Positions 49,711 through 61,354 of a stretch of DNA of 64,000 nt are shown piece after piece (the first letter of the stretch is position 1; each line of letters starts with the position of its first letter). Both the position numbers and the translations under genes were made by a program. Location: the NCBI RefSeq assembly GCF_023055435.1, contig NW_025963857.1:27590001-27654000 (forward strand), in the 5' to 3' direction. This stretch comes from Haliotis rufescens. Its lineage: Eukaryota. The notes under the pieces are model-generated. The model searched no databases. It saw only the letters and a program-made list of their open reading frames with translations, and was not told the origin of the DNA.

Positions 49711-49851
49711 GTACAACAACTATTTTTAGAAGATTTTGGAAAGACTCCAAAGGAAATGTTCTCTGAGTTTGAGGAGGAACCAATTGCTGCTGCCAGTCTC
49801 GCTCAAGTCCATCGTGCTGTCACCCATGAGGGAGAAAGGGTAGCTGTGAAG
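49711..49851 (+). CDS. ADCK5: ADCK5 coding exon 3 (A-rich loop, VAVK)
   Basis: [47 protein letters not shown]. Phase 0/0. Not in the supplied ORF track. Confidence 0.93.
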
Positions 49852-50453
49852 GTAAACCACATGATGGAGTAGTTACCATGTATTCAGTGTATAGGGGCAT
49901 GTTGACTGTGTGTGCTAGGCAAGGGTTGAGATCATGCAAGGTTCAGGATGACTACTGCTGAACAAACTCTGGGCTGAACTTTGGATCTGTATTATCTCTG
50001 CAGTCAGCAACAGGGTTGGAAGGCAGTTGTAGCTTCATGTGTTCTGTCTGTGCCAAAACCCTTTGAGACTGCTACCCTGAACTTGGCTCCTAGTACCATT
50101 TTTAGTAGAATTTAGTAATGTTATGTGGGCTATTCAGCATTAGAAATTAGCACTAGTCTTGTAGTCCTTGCAAAAGTTCCCAATAGTTAAGGTATCATAA
50201 GGACTACCGGTAGTAGAAATTTGCCATTTTTAAGCGTTTTGCTATGTGTTATCATTATAAGGACTACTGGACTAAAACTGTAAATTTCTACCCCTGCTAT
50301 TATTACCTGAGCTTACCATGCTTATGAGACTGAACATAATTTAAATGAACTCTGGCTTCTGACTAGTGGCTAAAGTCACAGAGCGTGGTGTAGTGCATGT
50401 GTTGTGGTGCATTTACTATGAAAAGGAGAGCATGTGCACTTCATCCAGAGCTC

Positions 50454-50615
50454 GGGGCGGTCAGGTAGCCTAGTGGTTAAAGCGTTCGCTCTTCACGCCG
50501 AAGACCCGGGTTCGATTGTCGACATGGGCACAATGTGTGAAGCCCATTTCTGGTGTCCCCCGCCGTGATATTGCTGGAATATTGCTAAAAGCGGCGTAAA
50601 ACCATACTCACTCAC
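50454..50615 (+). mobile_element. SINE family 1 (young copy)
   Basis: Perfect 13-bp TSD tcatccagagctc. Confidence 0.9.
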
Positions 50616-51639
50616 TCATCCAGAGCTCCAGATAACTTTTTGAGCAATTGAGTTTTTACTCGCAGGTTTCTATTTCAATTGGGTTATTACATTTTGCATT
50701 CGGTTACCAATATTTTTTACTCATCTATTCATCACTCTGTTGGGTTTTTCCCAAATTGAGTACCAGTAAGCTTTTAGAGATTTAAAAAAATAATAATAAT
50801 GTTTTAGATGTGATATAACGGTTCTAAATATAGGCTTGACTCAAAAAGTAAATTAGCTCATAATTGTGTCTCGGAAATTGTGTTTCCTAAAACACCGACT
50901 TTTACTAGGCATGGCTTGTGCACATGGTGCAGGCAGACAATGTTTATTTATTCAGGCTGTCAGCATGGCACAGTTGTGTTTTAGGGAGTGTATAGAGGGT
51001 GTGGAATAAGATGCAGAAATATTATCGTTTTAGATTTGTTATTAACATGATACACATTGAGGAAATATTGTTTGTTTTCTCAGCGCTGTATGCATAACAT
51101 TTGCATTATCGGACTCAGTACCAATAATAATTGTCAAGTAGTCATTTCTAAGTCATGTTAATACACTATATTAAATATTAAGTTTTACTGTACCTGATGC
51201 TGCACAGTGCTTTAGCTTCCCTACCTTTACAAACAGATCAAAACTGGAACAGAAAGACAGTTGAAACACTATAGCTCTTACCCTGTTACTCCAGAGTTAC
51301 CCCCCTTGGCCCGTACTACCTTATATTCTGCTCTGTCTGCCTACACGACAGACATGCTTACAGTGAACTAAGACTTCCCTCCGATACTTTTAAGTCGTTT
51401 CCTGACAGGGGTTTCAATGGTTTTCCTTGAGTATATCTTTCTTCTGACATATATTCTGCTTCTATATGGTATATTTCTGCTTTTTGCTCTTAGTTTTGCA
51501 GAAAACGTCAACCATGTACCTAAGCACATTTTTCGTGGCAAGGTTGCCATTTTGTATTTTGTTTTGTATTCTCCTCTGTCAGAGACATTACCTTTACCAC
51601 CCACAACAACCTCAATGAATACCTCCACATTGGTGCCAT

Positions 51640-52430
51640 TGCCTTAGAGGATTGCTACTCAGGTGACACCCTGTGCCTCTTCTGAGATGTCATCCCGCCG
51701 GCCTTCTTGATCCCGTTCCTGATTGAAATTGCCTGAAGACCCCGATGACACCTCCCACAAGTTCTGTAACCTGTGGGTTGCCAGAACTCACCTCTCTGAC
51801 TGGGAAAGGTTGTCAGCACCCTGAGTCCCCTGATCGCCTCTCCTGTGCCCCTTCTGAGACATCCTCCTGCCTGTCTACTGGATCCTGTTGCAGTCTACTG
51901 GATCAGCAGTTTCCTGATGGTCGCCAGCATGTAGACATTGCCTGACCATTGCCACACCTCCTCCAACTCTGGCATCTCGGGACCTCTGATGCGCCTCGCT
52001 CCTCCAGAGACTAGCACCAGGGTATGACTTTGCCACCAGGCATGAGGCGCCAGTCTGCTGGCTCGCTTCGATCACTTTTGCCACCGAGATGGCCATTTCT
52101 TTGATGATGACTTCATTCCTGACTTTGTTGAAGTGCCTCAGTCAACCCCTGACCCCAGCAGACATGCCACTGAGGTTACTGATCATCAGCCCTGCACTTC
52201 GCCAGGACAAGACATATTCCCATAATGGACCTACGGTCCTTGATGCCGCTTAGGTTTCTCCTGCGACATAACCAGTAAGTTGCCGACTTCCCGCCTCGAC
52301 CATCCATGCAGCTCATCATTGCTTCCTCCGGTTCTTCTCACGGGACCGGCACTTTAAGTGGAGAGTGCTCCAATTTGGAATTCTTCGGCCTGTGGTTATT
52401 CAACAGGGTTCAACTGTCTGTCTTTTCCAA
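51640..52430 (+). mobile_element. Decayed DIRS-like retrotransposon relic in an ADCK5 intron
   Basis: From 52302 the sequence reads IHAAHHCFLRFFSRDRHFKWRVLQFGI, then after a frameshift WLFNRV. This resembles the DIRS RT motif IHP.H..YLRF......YQF..LPFGL..AP..FT.V. A GC-rich upstream part contains decayed SRSRS codons. Confidence 0.6.
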
Positions 52431-52604
52431 TACTGTCTGTAAAGGTAGGGATCTAAAGCACTGTGTTGTGTCAGGTAAGTATAAACACATTGCATTTATT
52501 CTGAAATGCTCATTATTAGACTTAATATTTAAAACAGATCCAAGACGAACTTCACATTGTAGTCAGAATGATGTATTCATTACAATACCATTGTGGTTTT
52601 CCAG

Positions 52605-52718
52605 GTGCAGTATATAGACCTGCGTGACCGCTTCAGTGGGGATATTCGAACATGTGAGATCCTGTTGCACCTGATTGGCTGGATTCACCCAAAGTTTGGC
52701 TTCGCCTGGGTCATTCAG
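52605..52718 (+). CDS. ADCK5: ADCK5 coding exon 4
   Basis: [38 protein letters not shown]. Phase 0/0. [10 protein letters not shown] is characteristic of ADCK5. Confidence 0.93.
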
Positions 52719-53075
52719 GTAACTAGCTAGCACAGATATGTGGAGAGCATATTTTGTTGATTTCAATATCTCCGTCATGGGATTCCTGGTTAGAATTGTT
52801 CCCCAACAACTTATGCTGGTTGTAAGAGGCTATTTAAGAGATCGGGTGATCAAATTAATGAACTTGGGTTATTGCATGTCCTCACCCCGATAGCCTGGAT
52901 CAGTGCTCAATATCAATAACTGGTTTGTCTGGCCCAGACTCAGTTATTTAAAGGCTGTCATCATGAAGCCGGAATATTGCTGTGTAGCGTAAAACATACA
53001 AACAAGATAGCAATATCTAGGTAACCATAGTAACATAAAAAATTATCAGAAGTGATTTACCTTTAGATCATGATA

Positions 53076-53213
53076 AAAGCATTTTAGCATATTGGTAATT
53101 TTTGTAAGAGTAAAATTGTTTTTATATCACCAGTAATTTCTTACAAATATTATTAAGAAATATTCAGAGAGAATTTTACTCTTACAAAAATTACCAATAT
53201 TCTAAAATGCTTT
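53076..53213. mobile_element. Short MITE-like inverted repeat
   Basis: 42-bp arms aaagcattttagcatattggtaatttttgtaagagtaaaatt and its reverse complement, with one mismatch. Confidence 0.7.
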
Positions 53214-53599
53214 ATATATATTTCTTTTCATGGTCTTCGCAAGGTATTGCAGTATGTTTAATACACTGATAAGTATGAGAAATTTGTTATGTTTCAACTC
53301 CCAGTGTACAGTATGAGAAGTATTTTCAGATGATCCTACTACTACTACTACCAATAACAGGAACACATTCATGTTCTGAACGAAGTTTCTTGCCAAAGGA
53401 GACACCAGCGTAATCAGTGTTTTAGTATGGGGAAGGCCTGGATCTCTAGAAACTCACAGGAGTCAAGCTGCTGAACACTGTCACTCATTCACCGACTCTT
53501 GAAAATGTCACTTAACTTTGTCAGATTTGTGACCAGTGAGCTGTACACAGGACCACTTGCCACCTTGCTATATCGTTGTACCTTTATATATGTTTTCAG

Positions 53600-53731
53600 G
53601 ATCTGAAGGGGACATTAGCCCAGGAGCTGGACTTTGTGAATGAGGGTGGTAATGGTGAGAGGTGCCAGAAGGACTTGCAACATCTTAAGTATGTCTACGT
53701 CCCCAAGGTGCACTGGGATAAAACAAGTAAG
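53600..53731 (+). CDS. ADCK5: ADCK5 coding exon 5
   Basis: DLKGTLAQELDFVNEGGNGERCQKDLQHLKYVYVPKVHWDKTSK. Phase 0/0. Confidence 0.93.
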
Positions 53732-53859
53732 GTAGGTGATCTGTGTCTGTGTGTTAAGTGAATAGTAGAATGAAAGGAATAGTAGAATGCTCTGCTGTTG
53801 TGTTATTCAACATGGTGAACCTTCAATATTCAGCTGGCCCATTAGGATTCTGGGTTAGA

Positions 53860-54135
53860 GGGGGCACAGGTGGTCCAGTCGTCTAAGGCGCCGCGATTCG
53901 CTGTGCAGATTTGCCACCCTTGGGCACGCCAGAAACCTATGATTGTGGGTTCGAATCCCGGTTCGCCCCGATTATGTTTCTAGGTTTGTCAGCGCCATAC
54001 CCGTGCTCGTGGGTTTCACCGAAGTGGTAAATGTCTGAGACCTGCATCACTTGGGGCTTTCCTCCCACATTAAGCTGACACGGCACGATATAACTGGAAT
54101 ACTGTTAAAAGCAGAGTTAAACCCAACTCACTCAC
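53860..54135 (+). mobile_element. SINE family 3
   Basis: Full length, TSD tctgggttaga. It is nested in a decayed family-2 head. Confidence 0.88.
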
Positions 54136-54681
54136 TCTGGGTTAGAAAGGTCCCCAGCTACCCATACTGGTCATAAGATTGAGCAATTGTTACGTGTCCA
54201 CTTCCAAATTAAAATAATAAGTTAACCCAGAAATCTCCACACAAAATTATTAAGTGTGAAACCAACAAATAACAAAGATGTATGCTAACATACATTAAAT
54301 AGCACTACATTCATGACAACTAACCATTGTTAAAACATAATACTGTAAACTTCTACTGAATCTCAGCAGAAATAAATGTCGTACAATTACATCATTGTTT
54401 AACAATAAATTACACTGCCATATAACACTATTTGGATTAGGTAGTTACGAGTTATTGTTGGACATTGGTCCTAATATCGACCACTGGTTTGTCAGGAGAG
54501 ACTGTCATCGTCTGCCTGGAATATTGTAGAGTTTAAGACTGATATGTATCTGTAAATATTGCTCTTGTTTCAAGTCAAATACAAAATGTTTCAAGCAATC
54601 AGCAACTTGTAATAATTCCTACATTAATATGTTTTGGTGAGATCACTTCTATTCTATTTAAAGTATTGGTATATTTAAAGT

Positions 54682-55350
54682 CACGGGTGGCCCAGTTGTC
54701 TAAGCGCTGTGATTCGCTGTGCAGAGTTGCGTCCCTTGGGCACGCCAGAAACCATGTTTCAAGGTTTGTCAGCACCATACCCGTGCTCGTGGGTTTCACG
54801 GACGTGTTATAAACCTATTCATTGGGATCGCTATTAAGTAAAAGACTTCTTTCTATAGGCATTAAGACCTATTGTGAGGTTTTACTTTCCAGTCGGGTTA
54901 AATCTCATAAACAGGGACGTCGTAATGTCCCTGGGATTTTATATAATATCCCTGGGATATTATATAATGTCCTGGGTATTTTATTAATATAACTTCCTTA
55001 CACATTGTAACATGTAATGAAATGTAAAATCAAATGCCAAATGTTTTCTTTTTATTCCCGAGGATCGAACTCGCAACCTTCATATCTGTAGCCCAGTGAG
55101 TGTACCACGAGGCTACAGAGGTGTTGATAAGCATCACTGGTTTTTAGAATGTCCTTTTCAAGATCTGTACGCCAGCAACAGATATTTTACACGCCTTTTA
55201 TTTTACCAAAACCTCGTGAGCGTGTTTTCTCCAATATGTAAACGTCTGAGACCTGCATCATTTCGGGCTTTCCTTCACATTAAGCTGACACGCCGCGATA
55301 TAACTGGAATAATGTTACAAAGCAGCGTTAAACCCAACTCAGTCACTCAC
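54682..55350 (+). mobile_element. SINE family 3 split by a ~430-bp insertion
   Basis: 5' half at 54682-54806 and 3' half at 55238-55350. The insert contains a minus-strand tRNA-like segment at ~55058-55120. Confidence 0.7.
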
Positions 55351-55595
55351 TTTTATAACAGTGAATAAAGGTGAGCTTCTGTAGCTCTAGGTTCAAAATG
55401 ATGGAAGGAAGTTTCGTAGTTGAAAACCTATCATGCTTATTGTACTGATGACATTGTTGAAATAATAAGACATTGTCAAAATGAAAGTATTTTTGAAAGT
55501 GCTTGTTTCTCAGTTCTTACTTTTATTGACAGTATGTCTATGTCAAGTACTCTTTGCCTATGTTGACTATAACATGCATCTTATGTTACTCTTAG

Positions 55596-55679
55596 AGGGT
55601 GCTCACAGCGGAATACATTGATGGCTGCAAGATCAGCAACATTGCTGGCATCAAGAACTTGGGTCTGTCACTGAAAGAT
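55596..55679 (+). CDS. ADCK5: ADCK5 coding exon 6
   Basis: RVLTAEYIDGCKISNIAGIKNLGLSLKD. Phase 0/0. Confidence 0.92.
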
Positions 55680-56521
55680 GTAAATAAACAGTTTGTTAAA
55701 ACAACTTCTTTTTGTCCTCCGTTACAGTACTTGTTTGCATCAAGGTCTGAGGACACGTCCATAGACGGACTTGAAACAATCAGTTAGCGACATGGAAAAT
55801 GACAGGATATAAAATGTCCACAACAATAAAATGATAGCATATTTTCCCATTTGGATTTACTTGATTATGTTCATTTTTCAAGATACGGATAACAGATATG
55901 CTTGTCTGAATTATTTGTTCAATTGTACTGATAATTTGAAATTCTTGATGCTGATTAAAAAATTCACCTGACGCAACCTTCAGAGTTGTGAGATGTTCAT
56001 GCACACAGGTATTGTATCTGAGTATAACATTTGACCATACTGACATTCCCTGTTTATTGGACTAACTTATCCCATAGATTCAGATCGGCACACAGCTGGT
56101 TGGTTTCACCAGAGTACTAACTTCCAGGACCCATGTCCTTTCAGGATTTCTTTCCTAATATGCCTTGATATAACTTGAATACTGTTCGAATTGACGTTAA
56201 ACACAACTCACATTCTCTTTTTTGTTCCTGACACAATATAGCTTTGTGACAAAATGTTGGGATTGTTGAGTTGCCTAGTGGATCATGTGTTATAATGTCA
56301 CGCCAGTGACTTAGGTTTGGTAGAGTTTATGAATCTCCTTCTTTGTATTCCTGGCTATTCCTTGTTAATATTATAATCTGAATCGAAGCAATGTCAGTTG
56401 AAAGTCATACATGGTCATTACTGAATGGTTTGTTGTTTTCACTTCATTCCTTCACCTGTGAATGAATGTGTCGGCTATGAGGTGTAGTCGCTGTATTAAC
56501 CAACCAATCTAGCGAAGGCCT

Positions 56522-56630
56522 GGGCTCCTTTCCACAAAGTGATCTTAGCACTACGATTGTTGTAAGTTTATGTTAAGGTATATGAGTTACGATCATCTTA
56601 ACGCTATGATCGCTTTGTGGAATGGGTTCC
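56522..56630. mobile_element. Short MITE-like element
   Basis: Imperfect TIRs ttccacaaagtgatcttagc / gctatgatcgctttgtggaa. Confidence 0.55.
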
Positions 56631-57485
56631 TGGTGACAACAAGAGGCCAGCTTGCTTTTGTTCAGATCAATGGGTGCCAAGCTGACGTTAGACAAATGGC
56701 AAGGTTTCTTGCTTGACATCGTGTGCAACATGTGCCTTAGCCTTGTGGCAGTCTTCTCTACACATTGTTTTAATGGCTCAGGATGGTAGGTTAGTGGGTT
56801 CATTTGTACTTCAATGAGTTATTAATTGGGGTAACTATTGGGCTTTTTTTACTATTGCAATTATATTGCAATAGAACCCCACACTATTGCAATAGTTTTG
56901 CAATAGTATTAAACCAACTTTAGTGGTTGATTATCAATGTAAAAGAAATCAATAAAGTAATGTTGACACTTTCGGCCTTTTCTCTCCCTGTCGATTATCA
57001 AACCAATGGGAAATAACTCTAATCTGAAGTATTCTGATGCATAATTAGTGTTTAAATTGCAAATATTGAAACTATCGACTCTTATGAAGACTATCAATAA
57101 TATCATCAACTTTTATAAATTCCTATTGAGTAATACAATCGTTGGGCAAACAATTGCACTAAATTGATAGTTTGATATATTGTTACACTCCTAGTTATAT
57201 ACGACCTAATTTCATTAGCGTACTGAAATTAGACATGTGTCACTACTAAAACATACAGTCCATGTATTTTCAAAAGGAATGGAGGAACAAAACATATTCA
57301 TAAATTGTGAAGTATTTTTGATCACACAAATGGCGTTATTAGTTGCAATATGAAGGGTTGGAAACAGTTGGTGGCAAACTATTGTGGTCGATTATGAATG
57401 CTTTTCAAGATAACAAAATTGATTTTAGTAACAAAGACTTGACACATATGGCAATGATTATATATCCACAGTTCATTTTATTACT

Positions 57486-57648
57486 GGGGCGGTGGGGTAG
57501 TCTAGTGATTAAAGCGTCCGCTTGTCATGCAAATGAACTGGTTTCGATTCCCAACATGGGTACAATGTGTAAAGCCAATTTCTGGTGTCCCCGCCGTGAT
57601 ATTGCTGGAATATTGCTAAAAGTGGCATAAATGTATACTCACTCACTC
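57486..57648 (+). mobile_element. SINE family 1 (CpG-decayed)
   Basis: Full length with flanking repeat tttattac. Confidence 0.85.
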
Positions 57649-57689
57649 GTTTATTACCAGCAATACTGACCATATATGTTGTTTTCCAG

Positions 57690-57942
57690 ATAGATACCAA
57701 GCTAGTCAAATGTTTCTCGGACCAGATCTTCCTGTCTGGTTTTGTCCATGCTGACCCACACCCTGGAAACGTGTTTGTGCGGCGGTCTAAACAAGGCGGT
57801 GCCGAGTTGGTGCTATTAGATCATGGCCTATACGACTCCCTCAGTCCCTCTCACAGGGAGTCCCTGTGCCATCTGTATAAAGCCATTGTGATGAAGAACG
57901 AACAAGACATGGAAACATACTCCCAGAATCTAGGTGTTGAAG
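57690..57942 (+). CDS. ADCK5: ADCK5 coding exon 7 (catalytic loop)
   Basis: ...GFVHADPHPGNVFVR...LVLLDHGLY... Ends in phase 1. Confidence 0.95.
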
Positions 57943-58009
57943 GTGAGGAGAAGGGAGTACTTTGACCAGTATATTACAACAGATGCTATTGGTGTGTCTT
58001 GTCTAAGTA

Positions 58010-58289
58010 GGGGGCACGGTTGGCCCAGTGGTCTAAGGCGCCGCGATTCGCTGTGCAGAGTTGCGGCCCTTGGGCACGCCAGAAACCTATGATTGTGGGT
58101 TCGAATCCCAGGTTCACCCAGATTATGTTTCTAGGTTTGTCAGCACCATACCCGTGCTCGTGGGTTTCAACGAAGTGGTAAACGTCTGAGACCTGCATCA
58201 CTTGGGGCTTTCCTCCCACATTAAACTGATAGCCGTGATATAACTGGAATACTGTTAGAAGCGGCGTTAAACCCAACTCACTCACTCAC
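58010..58289 (+). mobile_element. SINE family 3
   Basis: Full length with TSD tcttgtctaagta(g). Confidence 0.9.
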
Positions 58290-59000
58290 TCTTGTCTAAG
58301 TAGAAATGGATGTTTTATTCATGAGTACTTTTAAAGGCCCGGGGTGCAAACTAGAAATAACCCTCAGGTTTCCAATGAGTCTGGCTATTCCTCAACAGTG
58401 TAAATTTGATCTGCCCATGGTGACAGAGCTGTAACAAACAAACCATACAAAGTGATATCTGCTCATATGTCTGTATAATGCTTTTTTCCTGCTCTCTTGA
58501 TAACGTGCATCCCTAAATACATCTTGGTAAAGAAGCATGGTCCATAATCTCTTTTAATATCCCTTTCTAAGTTCAGAATTTTGCACATTGTCTTGAAGGA
58601 GATGTCCAATTTATTTGAATAGGTGGAGTCAATGAACAGTGTTCTCACCTTGAAATGATCACATGCTAAAACAAAGCAACAACTGGACTGTCTAGAGTTA
58701 TTTACAGGCCGTCATCATATAGCTGAAATATTGCTGGGTGCGGCATTTGACAAACAAAATATTCAATTGCCCCCCCAAGAATCGGGTTCGATTTCCAACA
58801 TGGGTAGAATGTGGGAAGCCCATTTCTGGTGTCCCCCGCCGTGATTTTGCTGGTATATTGCTATAAGCAGCGTAAAACCATACTCACTCACTCACTTAGT
58901 AGAAGTTATGTAACTATGGTGATAAAGAAATGTACTGGAACAAGGTTGTTATTAAGATTTGACACTGTCATTAATATTGCAATGCCTTGCTACTCCTCAG

Positions 59001-59208
59001 ATTTCCACATATTTGCCATAATGCTAGTACAGCGGCCAGTTAGAGTGAAGAACAAGCCTTTGCTCCGCACCAAACCCTTCTCGCGTCAAGAGTGGAGAAA
59101 CATGTCCAAAGAGTTACAAGATCAACTCAAGAAGGAATTCTTAGTCATTCATGATCGTGTTTTGCAGGTCATGAAAGATATGCCTAAGGGTCTTCTTTTG
59201 ATATTTAG
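59001..59208 (+). CDS. ADCK5: ADCK5 coding exon 8a (alternative, divergent duplicate)
   Basis: (D)FHIFAIMLVQRPV...VLQVMKDMPKGLLLIF(R). Acceptor ctcctcag, donor GTAGGA, phase 1 to 2, 208 nt. Confidence 0.8.
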
Positions 59209-61176
59209 GTAGGAAATCTCCGTTTTAGTTGATGAGTGGCTTTCTTCACTCTTTATCTTCAGTGGTTGGTGTTATTACGTATTTGTCGTATCAATTTCTC
59301 CCTTTTGATTGTGTCATTTCTCTCACTCTTTCCTGAGCAGTTTCACGTTTGCACTCTCTCGACTCTGAATATTGTGATATCAACTGCTTTGTAAGCATGC
59401 TTATGGCTGTGTTGGGATGCTTAAATGTGATTCAGTAGGATGGTATGCCAGTTATTATTGATGTACTCTGGAAATGATATCTTCTATCCTGCATGTATCT
59501 CATGGCAGTCCTTGGGGGACATAGGTTGGTGTTGCTTACAGGAGGCAGTCTTGAAAATGCTTTTCTTGTTTTGGTGTAAAGATGTAGCGCTTACCAAAAT
59601 TTGATTGTAAATTGAAAAAAGTTGCTAAGCTTTTGCGCATTTGCATATGTTTATCCTCCTCCTGCTCAGTGTTTGTGGTGGTTTTATATCTGCTGGTTAT
59701 TACGACCAGTCGTCTATGTCCTGTAATCATGTCACACATGGCTTGGTTGTATTGTGTCAGCATGTTATGATCACGTTGTGTTTTACCTGGGGGACTTATT
59801 AAGGTAAATGAGATTGGTCAAACTGCCCCAGTGAAAGCAAAACGACCTAGACAAAAATCCATCATACAGATTTGCTGAACTAAAATCCCTACCTGTCATT
59901 TGACTTTCAGTATTCATCTGTGGTTATTTGTTTGTGATCCATTTACAGAGTTAAGACTAGTAGAAAGAATATACACTGTATGTGTTATAACTCCAAAGGG
60001 ATGCCATCTTTCTACAGGAAATGTGAGAAAGGAAACGCTAGCTGTGCGCTCGTTAGTTCTGTTGCATTAGATATTTTATTATTTTAAACCCAAACATGAT
60101 TGCTCAGCATGGTGTAAGGACTGGAATAGATCTATTCTTTAATCTTCTTTAATTGCTGCAAGTGCCTGCTTTGGAATGAACATTTGTTTTAATGATTGTA
60201 GACCTGTCGTGAGCTGAGTTTGTCTGAGAGTCTCCTCAAGGACAAGCAATGTTAGGCCCATGGTGGCATTCCTTGTCTGTTTTTGAACGACATTTGCGTG
60301 ATAAGTTAGGTTAGTAATCATGATGAATATTCAATATCTAATTAGTCTGAGAAATGCGTTAAGGGTAGGTAGTTGTAATCAGAAATGACACTGGCATTAA
60401 TCTTGTTATTTATGTTCATATTCAGAAATATGTAAGACTTACTGAACTTCACATGTCTGCTGACTATTAATATGTTAGAGCATAAGAGTTTAATTCCAAA
60501 GAGAAATCCTTAATAGCAGAACCTGGAAAATATTATTCATTATTGCCCTGAGATGAACAAAACTCTGCAAAGGAAGTTCCCTTATTGCATGCTAGCCATA
60601 ACGCTGTTGACTGGTGAAAAAATCTTTGTGATACAGTGGTAGACACAGCTGAGATAGTAAATACTTGCATACATAAATGCATTTGTGATCATTTGTGTAT
60701 GTCATGAAAACTAGACAAGATTTGCTTTTGGCATTTTGGTTTAAGGATAGTCCTGTGTTAGCTAGATTCTTTAATGTTAGAGTTACGTGTTAGTCCTGAG
60801 GGAATATTGCAGAGATTTGTACTTTCTCCTACCCTCATTTGCTAACAGAAACCATATTAACCACATCTATTTCCAACAACTTGAACAAAACACTTTGAAC
60901 TACTTGAAAGGTTAATGCAGTTTAATGCCTGTACTAAAACATCAATAAGGTTGCATGCAAACAAAGGCTGACCTGTTATTACTTGCATAATGAATCCTAC
61001 ACCGCTATCTCTTGTAATACGGCCACTTTGAAAGGATGTATTAGTCCGACAGTGATGTTAGTAAAAACCGAAAAAAGTAGGCTGAAAATGTAGGTGGAAA
61101 GGCTTGTTCTTCATTCGAGGAAGCTGCTGTTGATGTATCCGTCTCTCTCATCTCTTGGTGACATTTGTTTCCTTAG

Positions 61177-61354
61177 ACCATCGTGTCTTCTGTGAGATTC
61201 TGGTACAACGCCCGATAGCACGCAAGACGCTTTACTTGCCGAGTCGAATGACAGAAAAAGACTTGGAACATATGCGAGTGATGGCAGGCCAACACTTTGA
61301 CAAAATTATGGCTGTGCTGAAATGTATGCCACGAAGTCTGTTGTTAGTCATAAG
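61177..61354 (+). CDS. ADCK5: ADCK5 coding exon 8b (alternative, closer to canonical ADCK5); the remaining 3' exons were not located in the window
   Basis: (D)HRVFCEILVQRPI...FDKIMAVLKCMPRSLLLVI(R). Acceptor tttccttag, donor GTGGGT, phase 1 to 2, 178 nt. Confidence 0.88.

Noticed and set aside
55435-55470. Hammerhead-like cttattgta-CTGATGA-cattgtt-GAAA-taataag
   Set aside because: Stem III could form, but stem I is absent and stem II does not pair. Probably chance in AT-rich DNA.
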